Notes under the pieces: generated by a model
What the model was told of the DNA's origin: nothing
Database searches by the model: none
Seen by the model: only the letters and a program-made list of their open reading frames with translations
Shown: positions 27,031-41,364 of the stretch, one piece after another
How positions within the stretch are numbered: position 1 is the first letter of the stretch
Layout of the letters: every line of letters starts with the position of its first letter
Program-made: the position numbers and the translations under genes
Source of the DNA: Octopus vulgaris
Taxonomy: Eukaryota
Direction: 5' to 3'
Assembly (NCBI GenBank): GCA_951406725.2
Contig: OX597816.1
Location: forward strand, 144,956,001-145,020,000
Length of the DNA stretch: 64,000 bases

Positions 27031-27334
27031 AGCACGATATATATATATATGCATGTTTGTATGTGTGTAGATATGTATGTATATCTACGAACATGAAACT
27101 ACTTTTCTAAGTATTAATCTTCTTTTCTCCTACTTTTTTTCCCTCTATGCAATTTTGACAGCAGAAGCTGACAAGGTCACCTTATCTAAACCGGAACGTA
27201 TGATTTCCCCGTTCATATTTGAATTTTTTTGCGTTTCTATAATATTATTTGCTTTATTCATTCCCGAACTTGATGGGCATATAACAACAAGCCAGCAGAC
27301 ACTAAAAATCTCTAGTGAGACTTCTTTAATAACA

Positions 27335-27377
27335 TATCTGAAGAGACCCAGACTGATGGGTCGAAACACATGTTGTA
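27335..27377 (+). ncRNA. Hammerhead motif, core intact but cleavage site and stem I decayed
   Basis: CTGAAGA-GACCCA-GACTGA-TGGGTC-GAAA-CACATG-TT; perfect 6-bp stem II. Confidence 0.65.
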
Positions 27378-27418
27378 CCTAACAAAAGTCTAATACGAAA
27401 TCCATCTCCTACTATTAA

Positions 27419-27486
<68 letters not shown>

Positions 27487-28065
27487 GTACGTATGTATGT
27501 ATGTATGTATGTATGTATGTATGTATGTATGTATGTATGTATGTATGTATGTATGTATGTGCGTATGTATGTTGCATGAACGTACGCGTGTATTTATTGT
27601 AAAGCTAGGAATCTGAAATTTAAATTCTCGACCGCATCTTAATACTTGTTATATTTTGCATTAGACTGGTTACACTGCAATCTCTTAACAAGGGATTTTC
27701 GTTAATCAAACCAAAGACATTTAACTTTGTCAGAGCATCGGAATTAATGTGTGGCATTAATGTCTTCTTCGAAGATTTCAAACGACCAAGGATCGAAGCG
27801 GATTTAGCGGAGTTGGTTTTGCTTAAAAGTAGTCTTTATAAGAGTTTATTGGCTCCTACTATTAGTTATACTTGTTGAATAAACCACTATTGATGAACAC
27901 TGACATCGCAGGCTCATGTTTACAGTGACACACAAACACACGCACACATTCACACACATACTTTACTCGCGCATTGCAGATACACTTCAACACACGCGCA
28001 CTGTATGCGTGGGCACAGGCATATGTTAGTCTGTGCGTATATGTACCCAAACACATGTACATGAA

Positions 28066-28117
<52 letters not shown>

Positions 28118-28780
28118 CATGTGAGTGTGTGTGTATATATATACGTATATATACAAGAACCCACACTCCTGGCCATTAGAAATATATTTAGATATCAAGA
28201 AGTCCACAAAAACCACTGCTACTTCTATCCAGTGACAGGTACAAAAAATAAAAATAGAAAATAGCAAAAGCAACATCCTGGTTGAAATACAATAAGTTCA
28301 ACTTAGCTGAAAGAGAGACATGTATTTTCTAGAGTAGTAACTGCAATGTCGCCTTAATTTGTCAATTTTCTTTTTCACTTCACACAGAAATTAGGCAATA
28401 TTCTTGAGGTCTCTTTTGCGTTGAGAATAACTAATAGATTTACTTCAGAAAATATTCTATGAAAAAGCTGCGCATGAAAAAAGTAATAGGATGGAGAAAG
28501 AGAGATAGAGAGGAAAAGAACGTGATACATGTATTTGCAATGGCGTTGAAGATAGAGGACAGCATCAATTAGGCATAATACACACGTATGAAGACACACA
28601 CAAATATACACAGATATAATAACGGCTACCAATATAAGGTAAACAAAAACAAGTAGGCTGGAAATAGTTACTGGCTATTCACACGAACAAAACGGTTAAA
28701 ATTGGTATTAGATTACAAATGTGTATATATTTATATATATACATATATATATATATCATGAATATAATATAATATATTAT

Positions 28781-28814
<34 letters not shown>

Positions 28815-29460
28815 CTATATCTATATATATGCATCATATATATATTCATGCACACGCACACGCACGCACATACATACATACATGCACATACAGATATATA
28901 TATGTATATATATATAATATTATATTCATGATATATATATATATGTATATAAATATATACATACACACACATATATATATATATACATATATATATGTAT
29001 ATATATATATGTGTATATACACATATATATATATACACTCAAACAAACATCATACACCCATTCACATTCATACACACATAGACACATATGTGTGTTTGTG
29101 TGTGTGTATATGTGCCAGTCTATATTATTACGTGTCTACTGAAGCATGTCTATATACTGCAACGTATGTGTGTTTGTATGATTCGAATGTCGTACAATAG
29201 CTAGTAAATATTCGACGTATCGTCATCGTCAATTCCAGTTCAGTCAAAACTCTTAAGAGATATACGATATTCACAACATGCATTCTCCTATCACATGAAT
29301 TCAATGCATCTGATCAGCTGTCGATAGAAAGCCTATGGTCACGAAAGGTCATAAACTCATTTTGTCTTGTTATGAAGTGAAATATGTTCCCTTTTTTAGC
29401 AACATACATACATACATACATACATACATTCATACATACATACATACATACATACATACA

Positions 29461-29494
<34 letters not shown>

Positions 29495-29720
29495 CATACA
29501 TACATATATACATACATGCATACATGTATTTTTCTATGTATTTTCCTGTAAATTCTATGTTATCAATACATACCTGCTTCATGTAAGCAGAGTCCGTTAT
29601 AAAAGAGTGTTGTTAAATAATTATTTCAGTCACACTGATGAGTACGGCCAATTCACGTCAATCTCACAAATTCTTTATGTATCAGAGAAAACAATTTTTT
29701 ATCAGGACTCAATTATATAT

Positions 29721-29849
<129 letters not shown>

Positions 29850-30705
29850 TTTGCATTTAATTTAGTCCACATTGCTTATAGGAACGTTGCTGTTCCTAAA
29901 TAAATATAAGAGACTCAGAAAAATGTGAAAAATGCTTTGTGGTAAAATATAACACACCAGCAGAGTTATCTTTTCAATTTAACATGTTTAAAAGAAATGT
30001 TCTTCCCTATATATTCACAGACGCATCTACACAAAGGTCACGAATGGTTCTAATGCACGTGCCCACACAAGTACTGAATTGTAAACACAAGCGATGCTTT
30101 TCGCTTATCTTTCTCAAGATTTCTTCCAAAATATTTATGTTCCTTGCTGTTTGTACAGTGTATAAAGCTCATAAGCCCAGCGTCAAGGTTTCCATCCTCT
30201 CACAGCGCCATCTTCCCGTATCAAGTAATGTTGGTGTTTGTTGCTGCCTTTTTATTATAGATGGGAAATTTTATGAGGAAAGACATATGTGCATGTATGT
30301 GCGATTATGTTTTAATTGGATTAATATTTGTTTCCATTTGAGAATTGCTTTATCAAGTTCTTCGTTTCGGTGAGAATATTTACACATCCCTAGTAGTGAT
30401 ATTACCACTGACATTTTGTATCAGTGTAAAACATTAGTATGTTCCTGTAAGTACAGACATCTAACTGAGCCTTTAGTAGAGATGGATGTAATAGTTGTTA
30501 TTGTTTATTTAATGATTTACCTGGGAACACAACTTCATATCATCGAAGAAAGTCTAAAAATTCTACAGATGGTTTTAGAAAGTATACTGTTTTAAACAAA
30601 CCGCGAAGAAATTACGAGAAGTATATTAAACAAAATATTTGATTAAAAAGCGAGAAAGAGAAACATGTTTCAATTGATGTTTAAAAGGAAATAGAAACAT
30701 ACACA

Positions 30706-30761
<56 letters not shown>

Positions 30762-31639
30762 ATATTTATATATATAGTATATATACGTATATCATATCTA
30801 CTATATACAAATATATAATCATCTATGCAAAGTTAGATATAAACATACATCAATATAATTCTTTGTAAGTATTCGCTCATTAAAAACTAGATTAGTAGTT
30901 ACCGTCTCACAGAAACACAATACATAGTAATAAAACATACTTCAATGTCACTAGTAAATTACACACACAAACACACATAAGGATTCTCATAGTTACATAT
31001 AAATGTATATATACATGTACATAGCTTTACCTTAAGATATATATATACATAGAAAATAGCGCACTTATGTTTAAATGCAAAGGTACATATATATATGCTT
31101 AGATGCAAAGTTATACATATATATATATATTGATATATATACGCACACACCAGAATGGCTAAATGAAGAGTTTCTAACGAAGCGATAAAAAATGAGTTTG
31201 TCTCATTTAATGGAAGATCAAAGTCAGTGTTGGACTGTGTGTGATTCCACGATTTATTACCTGATTATTACTGTTTTCCTTTTTAACTGAGACTGGTCAA
31301 ATTTGGTGTAGACAGAGGTCAAGTAACTGATTCAGTTGATACGCAGTATCTATATAATTGTTGTGTCCAACTAATACTGTATTATGCTATACTGGTGTAA
31401 ATTTATCTTCTGGGTTTAAGAGTATACATTACGTACAAACATATACCTATACTTATACATACATATATACATATATACATACATACGTACGTATATACGA
31501 ACGTGCATATATATATATATATAGAAAATAGTATAAAGTGAAAAAACTACAGAAGGCTTAAAGGTTAAAAAATATATATATTTGCGTCAATATGTCTGAA
31601 GAATATTAGAAATTTTTTTCTTACAATGACATAGTTTAG

Positions 31640-31677
31640 AAGAAAGACCGGTTTCGCGTTTAGCTTTCAAATTTCTT
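31640..31677 (-). ncRNA. Hammerhead of PLE copy 2 (one A missing from core)
   Basis: AAGAAAT-TTGAAA-GC-TAAAC-GC-GAAA-CCGG-TC-TTTCTT; homologous to 8669-8708. Confidence 0.7.
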
Positions 31678-31722
31678 ACGACGTTATGTTTATGTTGAAT
31701 AGAGTTATCGTTATGTTTATGT

Positions 31723-33010
31723 TTAAAAGAGTTCTAAATAAGAGGAGGTAATGAGTGATTTCTTCCGGTGTAAGGGAGATAATCGCTTAAAATTTTTTCT
31801 TTTCCCTTGGTGTGAATTTCTCTGTATCAGTATGTTGGCATGGTTAAGTCTGGGCTTGTACTTTTCAATGAAGAATGTTTCCTTGTTTAGTCTAATTTGT
31901 GTTGATGATCCGAAAGCACATTGGTAAAATGGAAAGATTAAAAATTGTGGTAGTAGTTGCTTTGCGCATTTCTCAATGTGCTCACTAAAAGGTATCATTC
32001 TGTATTCTGGGAATGCAATCTATTGTCGATGCAGTGTGCATCTACGTCTGAGTGATATTCCCGTGGATCCCACGTAGTCTTGGTGGCAGCCCGAGCATTT
32101 TATGACATAAATTATGTTTTCAGAGGCACAAGTAAAGTTAGATTTGATCTTGAATTTCTGTCCCTCTTTAAAGAGGAATTCTGATCCTTCTAGCAGGTTT
32201 GGACATGTTGCACAGTTCGATCTACCACATTTTTTTACTTTTGCATCCGTAATTTCAGAAAACAATTTTGCCTTTGTGAGAATCTTTTTAAGTGATTTAG
32301 GTTGTTTGTAGCTTTTAATGATTTGGTGTATGTTTAGAATTTCCTTTAATTTGGGGTCCTTATGAAGTATTGGTAAATTCTGGGTGATGATGGTGAAGGC
32401 TTCTTTGTTTCTGGGGTTGTATGTAGATATGTAAGGTAGTATTTTCGGGGAAGGTGTGTTGTTGTGTTGAACTTTTCTTAAGGTTTCTATGTTGATTTCT
32501 GTTGCACGTCTGATCCCATCCTCTATGAGTTGAGCTGTGTAATGTCTGTCGATTAGGGTGTTTTTGAGTTCTTGCAGTCTAAAGTTCCTGGTATTTTGTT
32601 CTGACACTATTGTGCATATCCTTCTTGCAAGGTTGAAGGGGATGTTTGTTTTAGTGTGTCTTGGGTGGCATGAATTAAAAAGAAGGTATTGTTTGGCGTC
32701 TGTGGCTTTGTAAAAAATGTCTGTTTCTATTTTAAGGTTATTTTTTTTAATTAGTATATCCAAGAACGGGAGCTCCTTTTGGTTGTATTCCATTGTGAAC
32801 TGTATATTTGGGTTTATGCTGTTCAATAGGTTTTTAAATTTTAGGAGTTTATCTGTGTTTTCATTCCAGAGTATAAAACAATCGTCTAAGAATCGTTTCC
32901 AATTCACTTTTATGTATTGAGAAAGGGGGTTTCCAAAGATTGATAAAGATTCCTGGTAAATGATTATTTCCATGTAGCCCATTGTTAGGTTCGCAATGAC
33001 TGGTGCTGCC
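31723..33010 (-). pseudogene. PLE RT (WKRFLDD) + GIY-YIG, interrupted by a CAG>TAG stop at 32020-32022
   Basis: APVIANLTMG, WKRFLDDCF, IQFTME..LPFLDI, YVGST; ORFs 32020-33018 and 31723-31998 are in the same frame, and copy 1 has CAG at this codon. Confidence 0.92.
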
Positions 33011-33453
33011 CAATACATAATAGAGAATTGGAAACGATTCTTAGACGATTGTTTTATACTCTGGAATGAATCGACTCCAGTATATTAAGTGAAAAACGCA
33101 AGAATGCGCATAGAAATTGATAAATGTGTTTGCTACAACCAGGATAGGTAAATAACTAGAGCTGAATTAATCTACTTCTTTTTATCTTTAGAAATAATGC
33201 AGTTTATGAGAAGGTCCATCGTTGGCAAGACGGAGACTAGATCAGTATATATGAAGTAAGATGATTATGGATACTAAAAGGTGATAATGTTTCAGGAAGC
33301 AATTATGTAATCGTGGCAGTTAATTTGGCAAAACTTAACTATTGTTTATAAAGCATAAAATGTTATATATGTTTTCAGTATTTTCTAAATATGATATAAT
33401 ATAAACACACACACACACACATGCACACGCACGTGCACACACGCACACGCACG

Positions 33454-33484
<31 letters not shown>

Positions 33485-34187
33485 GCTCTTGTTTAGAAAC
33501 AGTCCCAGAATGTTACTCGGTATAATTTAGCATTTCATACTTAAAAAGTTTTAGATTGTATAGTAGCTTGGCCGTCATAAATCAAATTTTAATCACCAAC
33601 CCACAGCAGATCGTGAGATTTTTTTTACTAATATCTTCATTTATCTAATGATATAATCATCCTCATAATGTGTTTGTCTTATCACATATTCCCCATAGAT
33701 GACTTCCTGTAAAATTGCGCATGACGTTTCCAGGTTAACCGTAGATAAATCTTTCAAGATAGTATTTGAAAATAAGATATCAGCCTAAATAATATAATTT
33801 TGCGAGGAAAATAAATAAGTAAATATATATTTATATAAGATTTATCGCATTGTGAATTTTCTTCATAACATAGACATTTTCCACATCGGTATATAAGAAA
33901 GCGCAGACGAAAGTGGACAAACCTAGACAAATATATTGGAAACAATAAAACGTTCGAAATATAACGCAGATAAATATCTCCTAGGAATTTAAAATTGAAA
34001 TTAAAGATACAAAGGATGAAATGAAAAAAGTCTGCTAACTTTTCTTGCACATTCGAGTGTTGAGGAAGACATACATACAGACATTACTGATATATATATA
34101 TATATATATGCACATGCACGTATATGTATATGTCTATATACATACATACACATACATATATTACACAAACATGTATACATATATATT

Positions 34188-34218
<31 letters not shown>

Positions 34219-34755
34219 ACATGTATATGCATACATAAATACACACACATATGTATGTATATATTTGCATCGTCAATTAGAGAAGCTCTGATAGGAGATA
34301 TACATTTTGTTTGTGCATAAGTTAAGCAAACGAAACAGATAATGAATAAATGCAATAAAAAATTGTGGAGGATGGATAGATATATAGCAGAAATAAATTC
34401 GCTTATCAATATTTTGAATGTTTACTTAATTGAGATCATCTTCAGCGCTATAGTTTCCCTTCGTTTCTTTTTCTCTCACAGTCTCTCACTAAGTCCCTCT
34501 ACATATATCGGTCTCTTTCTATCACCTCATCTATTTGTGTGTCTCGTTTTGTATCACTCCCTCTGTATCTCTCCCCCTCTCTCTTTCTACATTACTCCTT
34601 ATTTAGTACTACTGCTTGCTCGGAGGACAAGGTTCTTATTGTCTATAGGGTCTTTCCATAAAAAATGATAACGCTTATGTGACATGAGAGGAATTGAAAG
34701 ATAATTACCTTGTAAGATAATCACCTAAGTATATAAGTGTATAAGTGTGTGTGTG

Positions 34756-34826
<71 letters not shown>

Positions 34827-34841
34827 ATGCATGTATGTATA

Positions 34842-35777
34842 TAGGGAGAATATACAAACAAAACAAAAGACGAAGACAGGTTGTGTACACAACAAACTGG
34901 TGTATTACTATAACGCTCGGGAAGTGAAAAAGTCTTTAACGTTTCGAGCCTGCGCTCTTCTACAGAAAAGAACACAGAAAGAAACAAGGGGAGAAAAAAA
35001 TGTGTAGTGGCTAGCGATCTATCATGGCGAATGCCGGACAGAAGGGTCATACAGGAAAGCTAGGGAGAAGAGGAGATAATAAAATAGTGGTGATCCCAAA
35101 AAGAAGGTGCGCGTGCGTATGTGTAAGTGAGTTTGTGCGCGTGGAAGAGGGCTGGTGATCTTGACGTATGCGTATCTGCATGTGTAGGTGTGAAAAAGGG
35201 GTCTGGGAAGTGGTCAGTGCTGATGTGTGCGTGGTGGTGTGTTGTGATGTGATCTGTTGTGTGGTATGGTGGTGTAAGATGTAGTGGTGTGTGGTGTGGT
35301 GTGATGGTGTTGGGAGGTAGGGAGAGAGTGGGGGAAGCAACGGTGGGGTGTGGGTTAGGCTGAGGGTGGGGTAGAGGTGAGGTATGTGGGTAGACGGAGG
35401 GTGGGTGTGGAGATGGGGTAGGAGGGAGTGGATGTAATGTATGGGGAAGGATAGGGAAGGTGGGGGTGTAATGTGTAGGGGTGGGTGGTCTTACGAGGGA
35501 GGGGTGACGATGAAGGGGGAAGGGAGAAGGTGGGTAGGAGTGAAGAGAAGTAGGAGTTGGAACAAGAGAGGGGAGGAGGTTAGATGAAGAGGGAAGGAGA
35601 GTTGAGTCTATGTGGCGCAAAGGAGCGAAGAGAGAAGATTAATCCCTGTTCAAGGCGTAAACGGGAGTCCGGATGGCCCCTGTGCAAGGACAATCCGAAC
35701 ATGGACAAGAGTTGCAAAGAGTGACCGGTAGAGCGGAAATGGCGCGAGACCGGGGTGTCATTGCCGAGTCGGATGTC
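34842..35777 (-). mobile_element. 5'-truncated PLE of a second family: GIY-YIG tail, C/A-rich 3' UTR, hammerhead remnant at 34934-34970
   Basis: Coding tail plus CTTTT-CTGTAGA-A-GAGC-GCAG-GCTC-GAAA-CG-TT-AAAG; homologous to 57620-57800. Confidence 0.8.
35580..35777 (-). CDS. GIY-YIG endonuclease C-terminal fragment (no start codon, absent from ORF track)
   Basis: DIRLGNDTPVSRHFRSTGHSLQLLSMFGLSLHRGHPDSRLRLEQGLIFSLRSFAPHRLNSPSLFI* fits the PV..HF...H...R...E...I..L....P..LN pattern. Confidence 0.8.
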   Translation of the reverse strand, partial: DIRLGNDTPVSRHFRSTGHSLQLLSMFGLSLHRGHPDSRLRLEQGLIFSLRSFAPHRLNSPSLFI

Positions 35778-35857
35778 TGTGTGCGTGCGTGTGTATGTAT
35801 ATGTATTTGTGAGTTGTGTGAGTTGTGTGTAAGCTTATTTGTATATATACGTATAAA

Positions 35858-35891
<34 letters not shown>

Positions 35892-36962
35892 TATATATAT
35901 GTGTGTGTATGTGTGTACAAACAGCAAAACACGTATACATACTCCCACGCACACACATTAACTCCCTCTCTCTCACACACACTTATATATACATAAATAC
36001 ATACACATTTATACACATCTATACATACATACACGCATGTTAAAAAATTCACGCTAAAGATAGATACGCTATACCTAAGTCGTTTTAATTCGTCTAAACA
36101 CGCAGAAAATCTTTAATAAAGTTCTCAATGAAACATTTGAAGTGAAATAGGAAGATATAATGCTATAACAACTGTCTGTGTTAAAAGTCGAACGTTGTTT
36201 GAGAAACGCTTATTTCATATGAGAACTTGGTGGGTTTTATATGAAATATAATCCAGCACAGTAGGTATATTCTGTGCTATCATAAAGCAAGAGATATCTG
36301 GGCAGTTTCCCGACTGATATTAGGATCTAGGGAGCTCAGTGTTATTCAATGTACGCCTAATTATCTGTTAACACGGCCCTGGATATGTTATTCCAGCAAG
36401 CCAAGTCAATTTCCTTTGTCAGCCAAGCCCGAAAAATATTTTGGGTAGATTTTTAGCTTTACATAGCTGTCTCAAACTCCCTAATCTTAATAAGCATATG
36501 AATGAACAACACGAATTTCGAGAATAATTGCAACTTGATCACAGTGGCACTTAAAATTCTTTCTTTCTTTGTTTAGATATGGAGGCTTTAAAAGTTCTCA
36601 AGTCGTTTAGTTATAATTTTCTAAATTAATGAACATTTTGTATGTATAAACACACAATCTACAAAACGCATCTGAATTCACCCAAATATGAGACGAATCT
36701 ACACCAAATTACGGAATAAAATATTTGTATTCTCTCTGGGCCAACTTGCAGCATTGAAATATGCCACACTATCTCGCCCAATTTCAACACACATTCTGCA
36801 TTTGTCTGCTCCTTCTAATTGATCAGTGTTGTACTCGATGTTAGTTCTCAATGCTTATACTTGTGCTCCACATATAAAGGTCTCTGTTTCATAAATGAAA
36901 TGTTATTGTAATCTGCGTGGTCAGCAGCAAATCAGTGGATTGGAATTGTAGAACAAAGTAGT

Positions 36963-37059
<97 letters not shown>

Positions 37060-38010
37060 GCAATTTATGAACAGTAAATCGCTGGTATAAATAAAAATGG
37101 AAGAACTTGTATAGCAATTAGAATGTTTTTAAATGTTCACATGTGTCATTGCACTATATCTAATTATATTCTTTCAACTGTCTATTAACTCTTCAAATGA
37201 AACATTGCCTCGCTTCCATTTTTATTACCATGGAACTTCATCACATTACTCTCTGTATTTGCTTGTGTGCGCGTGTGTGTTAGTGTGTATGTGTGTGTGC
37301 TAGTGTGTGTGTGAGCATAAGGATTAATGTTATTGAAAAATTACTATTGTAACTCGTTAAATGCTGGTGACATTAACTTTATTTCCATCGTTTTACTTTC
37401 ACTTTTTCACGCTTACTTGAGGTGAATGCATTTTCAGAAGTAGGAATTTACTGTTGGACCTTCTTCCAGTCAGCTGCACTCTCAATTATCTCTAACGACA
37501 TGCAGGGACACATTGTGTCTATTCTAAATCCGTGACACATGTTTATATTTAAAAATGGAACGCATTTAAATAACAATGGAAGTATTTAATAAACAAAATT
37601 TTCAATAATGAAAGATTTAGCAATCACTTTGGCATGCTAATCTATTATTGCTGAAAATTTCCCAAAATATTATTTTAGCATTAATGAGTTATTAAAAACA
37701 TAAAAATCAGTAGTTTTAATCTTTTAATAGAAAATTTTAAGTAATTTAAACATTTTTACATACTTTGTTACTGGAAAAATTTTCAAATAGCTTTTAGAAT
37801 TTTTAATAACAGGTGAGTGACTATATCGGTAAATCTTGGTTAATAGTAAATGTTGTAAAACGGGTGTGTGGAGTATAACGTTTTTTCATCCCTGTTATTC
37901 ATTTGAATCACAAAATGAGGGAATATCGTAAAGACAAGCGATTATTTGGAAAGCTAAAAAGAGGGTTGTTAAGCGGCTGTGAATTTCACATAGATGGATA
38001 TGTGTATATA

Positions 38011-39592
38011 CACTGGCGAAAATAAATTTAAGACCGATGATAAAAGTTCTATTTCTTACAAAATATTTTGTTACTAACACCATACAAATTATTTTTATCT
38101 TCCAAACCTTATGCAGAATTTATTTGTTTTTCGAATGATGCAGACAATAACTATTTTTATACAACTTGAAGAATTCTAATTCTAAATTAATATAAACGTT
38201 TCAAATTTACCGGCAAAATTAGTTTAAGACCATATCATGATAATTGTATTTAAAGCTTAAGATTGTAGCAAAAATGAGTAACAAGAACGAAATACATATT
38301 GGTACTTTATGCCGTAGCCCTTATTCTTAATAACTGCTGAACAACGCCTCGATGGGAATGTTTTGCCATATTTCATTGATATAATCGAATAATTGTTTTA
38401 GATAAGATGGTTTTTTTAGCATGGACGTTTTTTGAAACATAATTCCAAAAGTTCTCAATTGGATTCAGGTCCGGGCTCTGAGGAGGCCATTCGATTACGT
38501 CAATATTATGGTGATCAAAAAATACCATAAACCTTTTTGCTTTATGCACAGAACTATTGTCCTGCTGATAAATAGCCCCCAGAGGCATTTGATGAGTCAA
38601 ATATAGCACAACATTATCCTTTAGTAGATTCATATAACCTACACTATTTAGCTTTTCATCAACTTTATCTAGAGAGCCAACACCAAAGCTACTAAATGCC
38701 GCCCACACCATCACACTCCGCTTGCGCCGTCTTTTTCACGCATTTTGGATGGAATACCTCTGTTGGAGGACGTCTGACGTATGTTTAACCATCTGATCCA
38801 AATATACAGAAGCATGACTCGTCACTCCAAAGGACCCTGCACCAATCTTCGGCAGTCCTTTGAGCATGCGTTTGAGTGTTGATTTCTTTCGGATATTATT
38901 GGCTTTTTCCTAGCGATTCGTCCATGTAGTCCAAATTCTCTCAAACGGCTGCGGACGGTTTGTGGTGTAAAAATAACACCATTCTCGCTCGACAATTGTT
39001 TACAAATGTCAACGGTTGTCAGCATTCGGTTGCCTTCCGAAAGTCGGTGGATTCGACGGTCCAACTGCGCTGTCGTTTTTCTTGGGGTGCCAGTCCTTTG
39101 CCGATCTTTATATCAACCAGTCTCCGAGTATAACTTCCACGCTTGCACGCAAGCCGTTTTAATGCACTTTAGTTGCTTGCTGGTGTCCGAAAAGGAAACT
39201 TTTTGCTGGTGGAGTAATACTATTTTTGCTCTCGTGACTGGACTGAAGCTACGTTGTTTTCCTATTATTAATCAATTATACAATAACGTTAAATTATAAC
39301 ACTCTATAGTGCAGTTAGGCTAGTTGTGTGACCACCCATTTTGGCAAAAAACTTTGCATACATACTACATGGTCTTAAACTAATATTGCCGGTAAATTTG
39401 AAACGTTTATATTAATTTAGCATTAGAATATCTTCAAGTTGTATAAAAATAGTTATTGTTTGCATCATTCGAAAGAGAAATACATTCTGCATAAGGTGTG
39501 GGAGGTAAAAATAATTTGTATGGTGTTAGTAACAAAATATTTTGTAAGAAATAGAACTTTTATCATCAGTCTTAAATTTATTTTCGCCAGTG
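38011..39592 (-). mobile_element. Full-length Tc1 transposon with about 223-bp IR/DR-type TIRs and TA target duplication
   Basis: TA|CACTGGCGAAAATAAATTTAAGAC...GTCTTAAATTTATTTTCGCCAGTG|TA; TIRs 38011-38233 and 39369-39592. Confidence 0.95.
38299..39265 (-). pseudogene. Tc1 DD34E transposase, frameshifted
   Basis: GTPRKTT, TVRSRLREFGLHGRIARKKP, MVWAAFS, QQDN-(34 aa between D and E)-WPPQSPDLNPIENFW. Confidence 0.92.
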
Positions 39593-41039
39593 TAAATATT
39601 CTTGTGTGAGTAAAGAAAATGGAGAAATTAATGTACAGACAATTTATTTGAATACATTCCATTCAGTATAATATCAAATTCTTTACACCTATAGCCACTT
39701 CCATACCCAATTAATTCAATTTGAGAAATTAAATTAAATTAATCTAAATCTTCTTATCGAATAAGGTATCGACTTCTGAATGCGAGAAGGGAGACTGGTT
39801 TTCATATGTTCACGCCTGTAAATATGTTTCCAGAAACTACCATTAAATGTAATTTAAAGAATAAATTAGGTCTAATTGTAAGGTTACTGGAACCTTGAAT
39901 CAGGCGGTATTTCATGATTAATATGCTTACATCAGTAACTAAAACGATTACATTAATATTAATAGATATTAATATTAAGTATAAATTAAATGGTTAATAT
40001 AAATATCAGGTTTTATGTACTGGTAACAGTAGTATATATTATATATAGTTTACCGAAACTTTAATTTAGGTACATACCTCGAGATTATATGACATATAGT
40101 AATTTTTATTCATACAGTATTTTGACTCACTAATTTGTTCGGTTTCACTAAATTGTCACTCTTTGAGGCCGGTGTTGTCTTTATATGTTGCTGATATTTA
40201 GTTCATTATTATGCCCTTGCTTTCTGTTTGAACTTTCGTTTTTCGTTTGAGATTCGCATTGGTCTGTCACCTATCTGTTATTCTGGCGATTTTCATCACT
40301 CCTTTATTGCCATTTCCAATGACACTACACCTACATTATCAGATGTAATCTAAATATTACAAGTATCAGGAAAAGACACTTATTACATCATCAAATTTTA
40401 TCTAGTTTACTCGTCAGTTGCTTTTTGAATTTATTCTAGTATCTCAAACGTGGTCTTTATTAATAAGCATATGCATAATGATCCAAAATGCTGAATATTT
40501 CTGCAGAAACATTGAACGAGGTGGCACGATTCCTGCTTGAATAAATAATTGCATTCCTTCTGTAAAATCTGAAGAACGAGTGTATTTGTTGAGTTAATCA
40601 ATCTTTAAACAATCCACTTGTTAATTCAATGGTTTTTTTTCATCGGTTCCCCATATTGTGTGCTTCATTGAATTTATGACAATTTTAAAAATCAATTTTC
40701 CCTTTTTCGCTCTGTTATTCTATTCTTTTTTTAAAAATGAAATTTGAACGTAATGCACATTATTTTAATGATGCAGTTCCTTTCTATTTTCAACTGTTGG
40801 TTATGGATTCCTATAAACTTGTTTTTTTATATAGCTTAGATGACGTGATTTTTGTTTTCTTTATAGTTTTTTATAGCTTAGCTTAAAGTGTGTCTGTTTT
40901 TTTATATTAGCTTAGATGACATGATTTTTGTTTTTCATGCAGCTGTAGCATCTTTTATTTCTTTTCTCGCTGAATAGATTGTATGGTTGGTTAGATGATA
41001 TTTTGCGATTAGTAGTATGTGGCTTTTGGCTACATTTAC

Positions 41040-41154
41040 CGTCATATGCAGGCTGAAGTGCGAGCAAAACCATATGTTGATAGCTCTTTAGTTTTGGAAT
41101 GTCAGTATACACACGGCGCCACTTTGTTCGATTTCCTATGTAAAGATACGCCAC
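41040..41154 (-). CDS. Candidate internal coding exon of an unidentified host gene
   Basis: ttattgttttgttcag|GTGGCG...TATGACG|gtaaat; 115 nt, open frame VAYLYIGNRTKWRRVYTDIPKLKSYQHMVLLALQPAYD in unique sequence; no family recognised. Confidence 0.35.
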
Positions 41155-41364
41155 CTGAACAAAACAATAACTTGAGATTAGGAAATGAAAACGATTGCAA
41201 CAAAGAAAGAAACAATCCAACTTGAATGAGAATCAACCAGTGTCAAATATCCAGAGAAAGTTGCCTGAACTACAGCAGGGCCTGAAATACGATTCGTGAG
41301 AAAAACGATTTAGTTCAAATAAACAATGTACTCCAGAAAACTCTCTTACACAGTAACATTTATA

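Larger units (their letters stand above)
31524..33070 (-). mobile_element. Penelope-like retroelement copy 2 with short 5' inverted duplication
   Basis: Same family as 7591-8828 but longer at the 5' end; 3' end abuts (TA)n; 33011-33070 is an inverted copy of 32860-32919. Confidence 0.93.

Noticed and set aside
35060-35620. 186-aa Pro/His-rich ORF
   Set aside because: Low-complexity 3' UTR of the PLE; the real coding frame ends at 35580.
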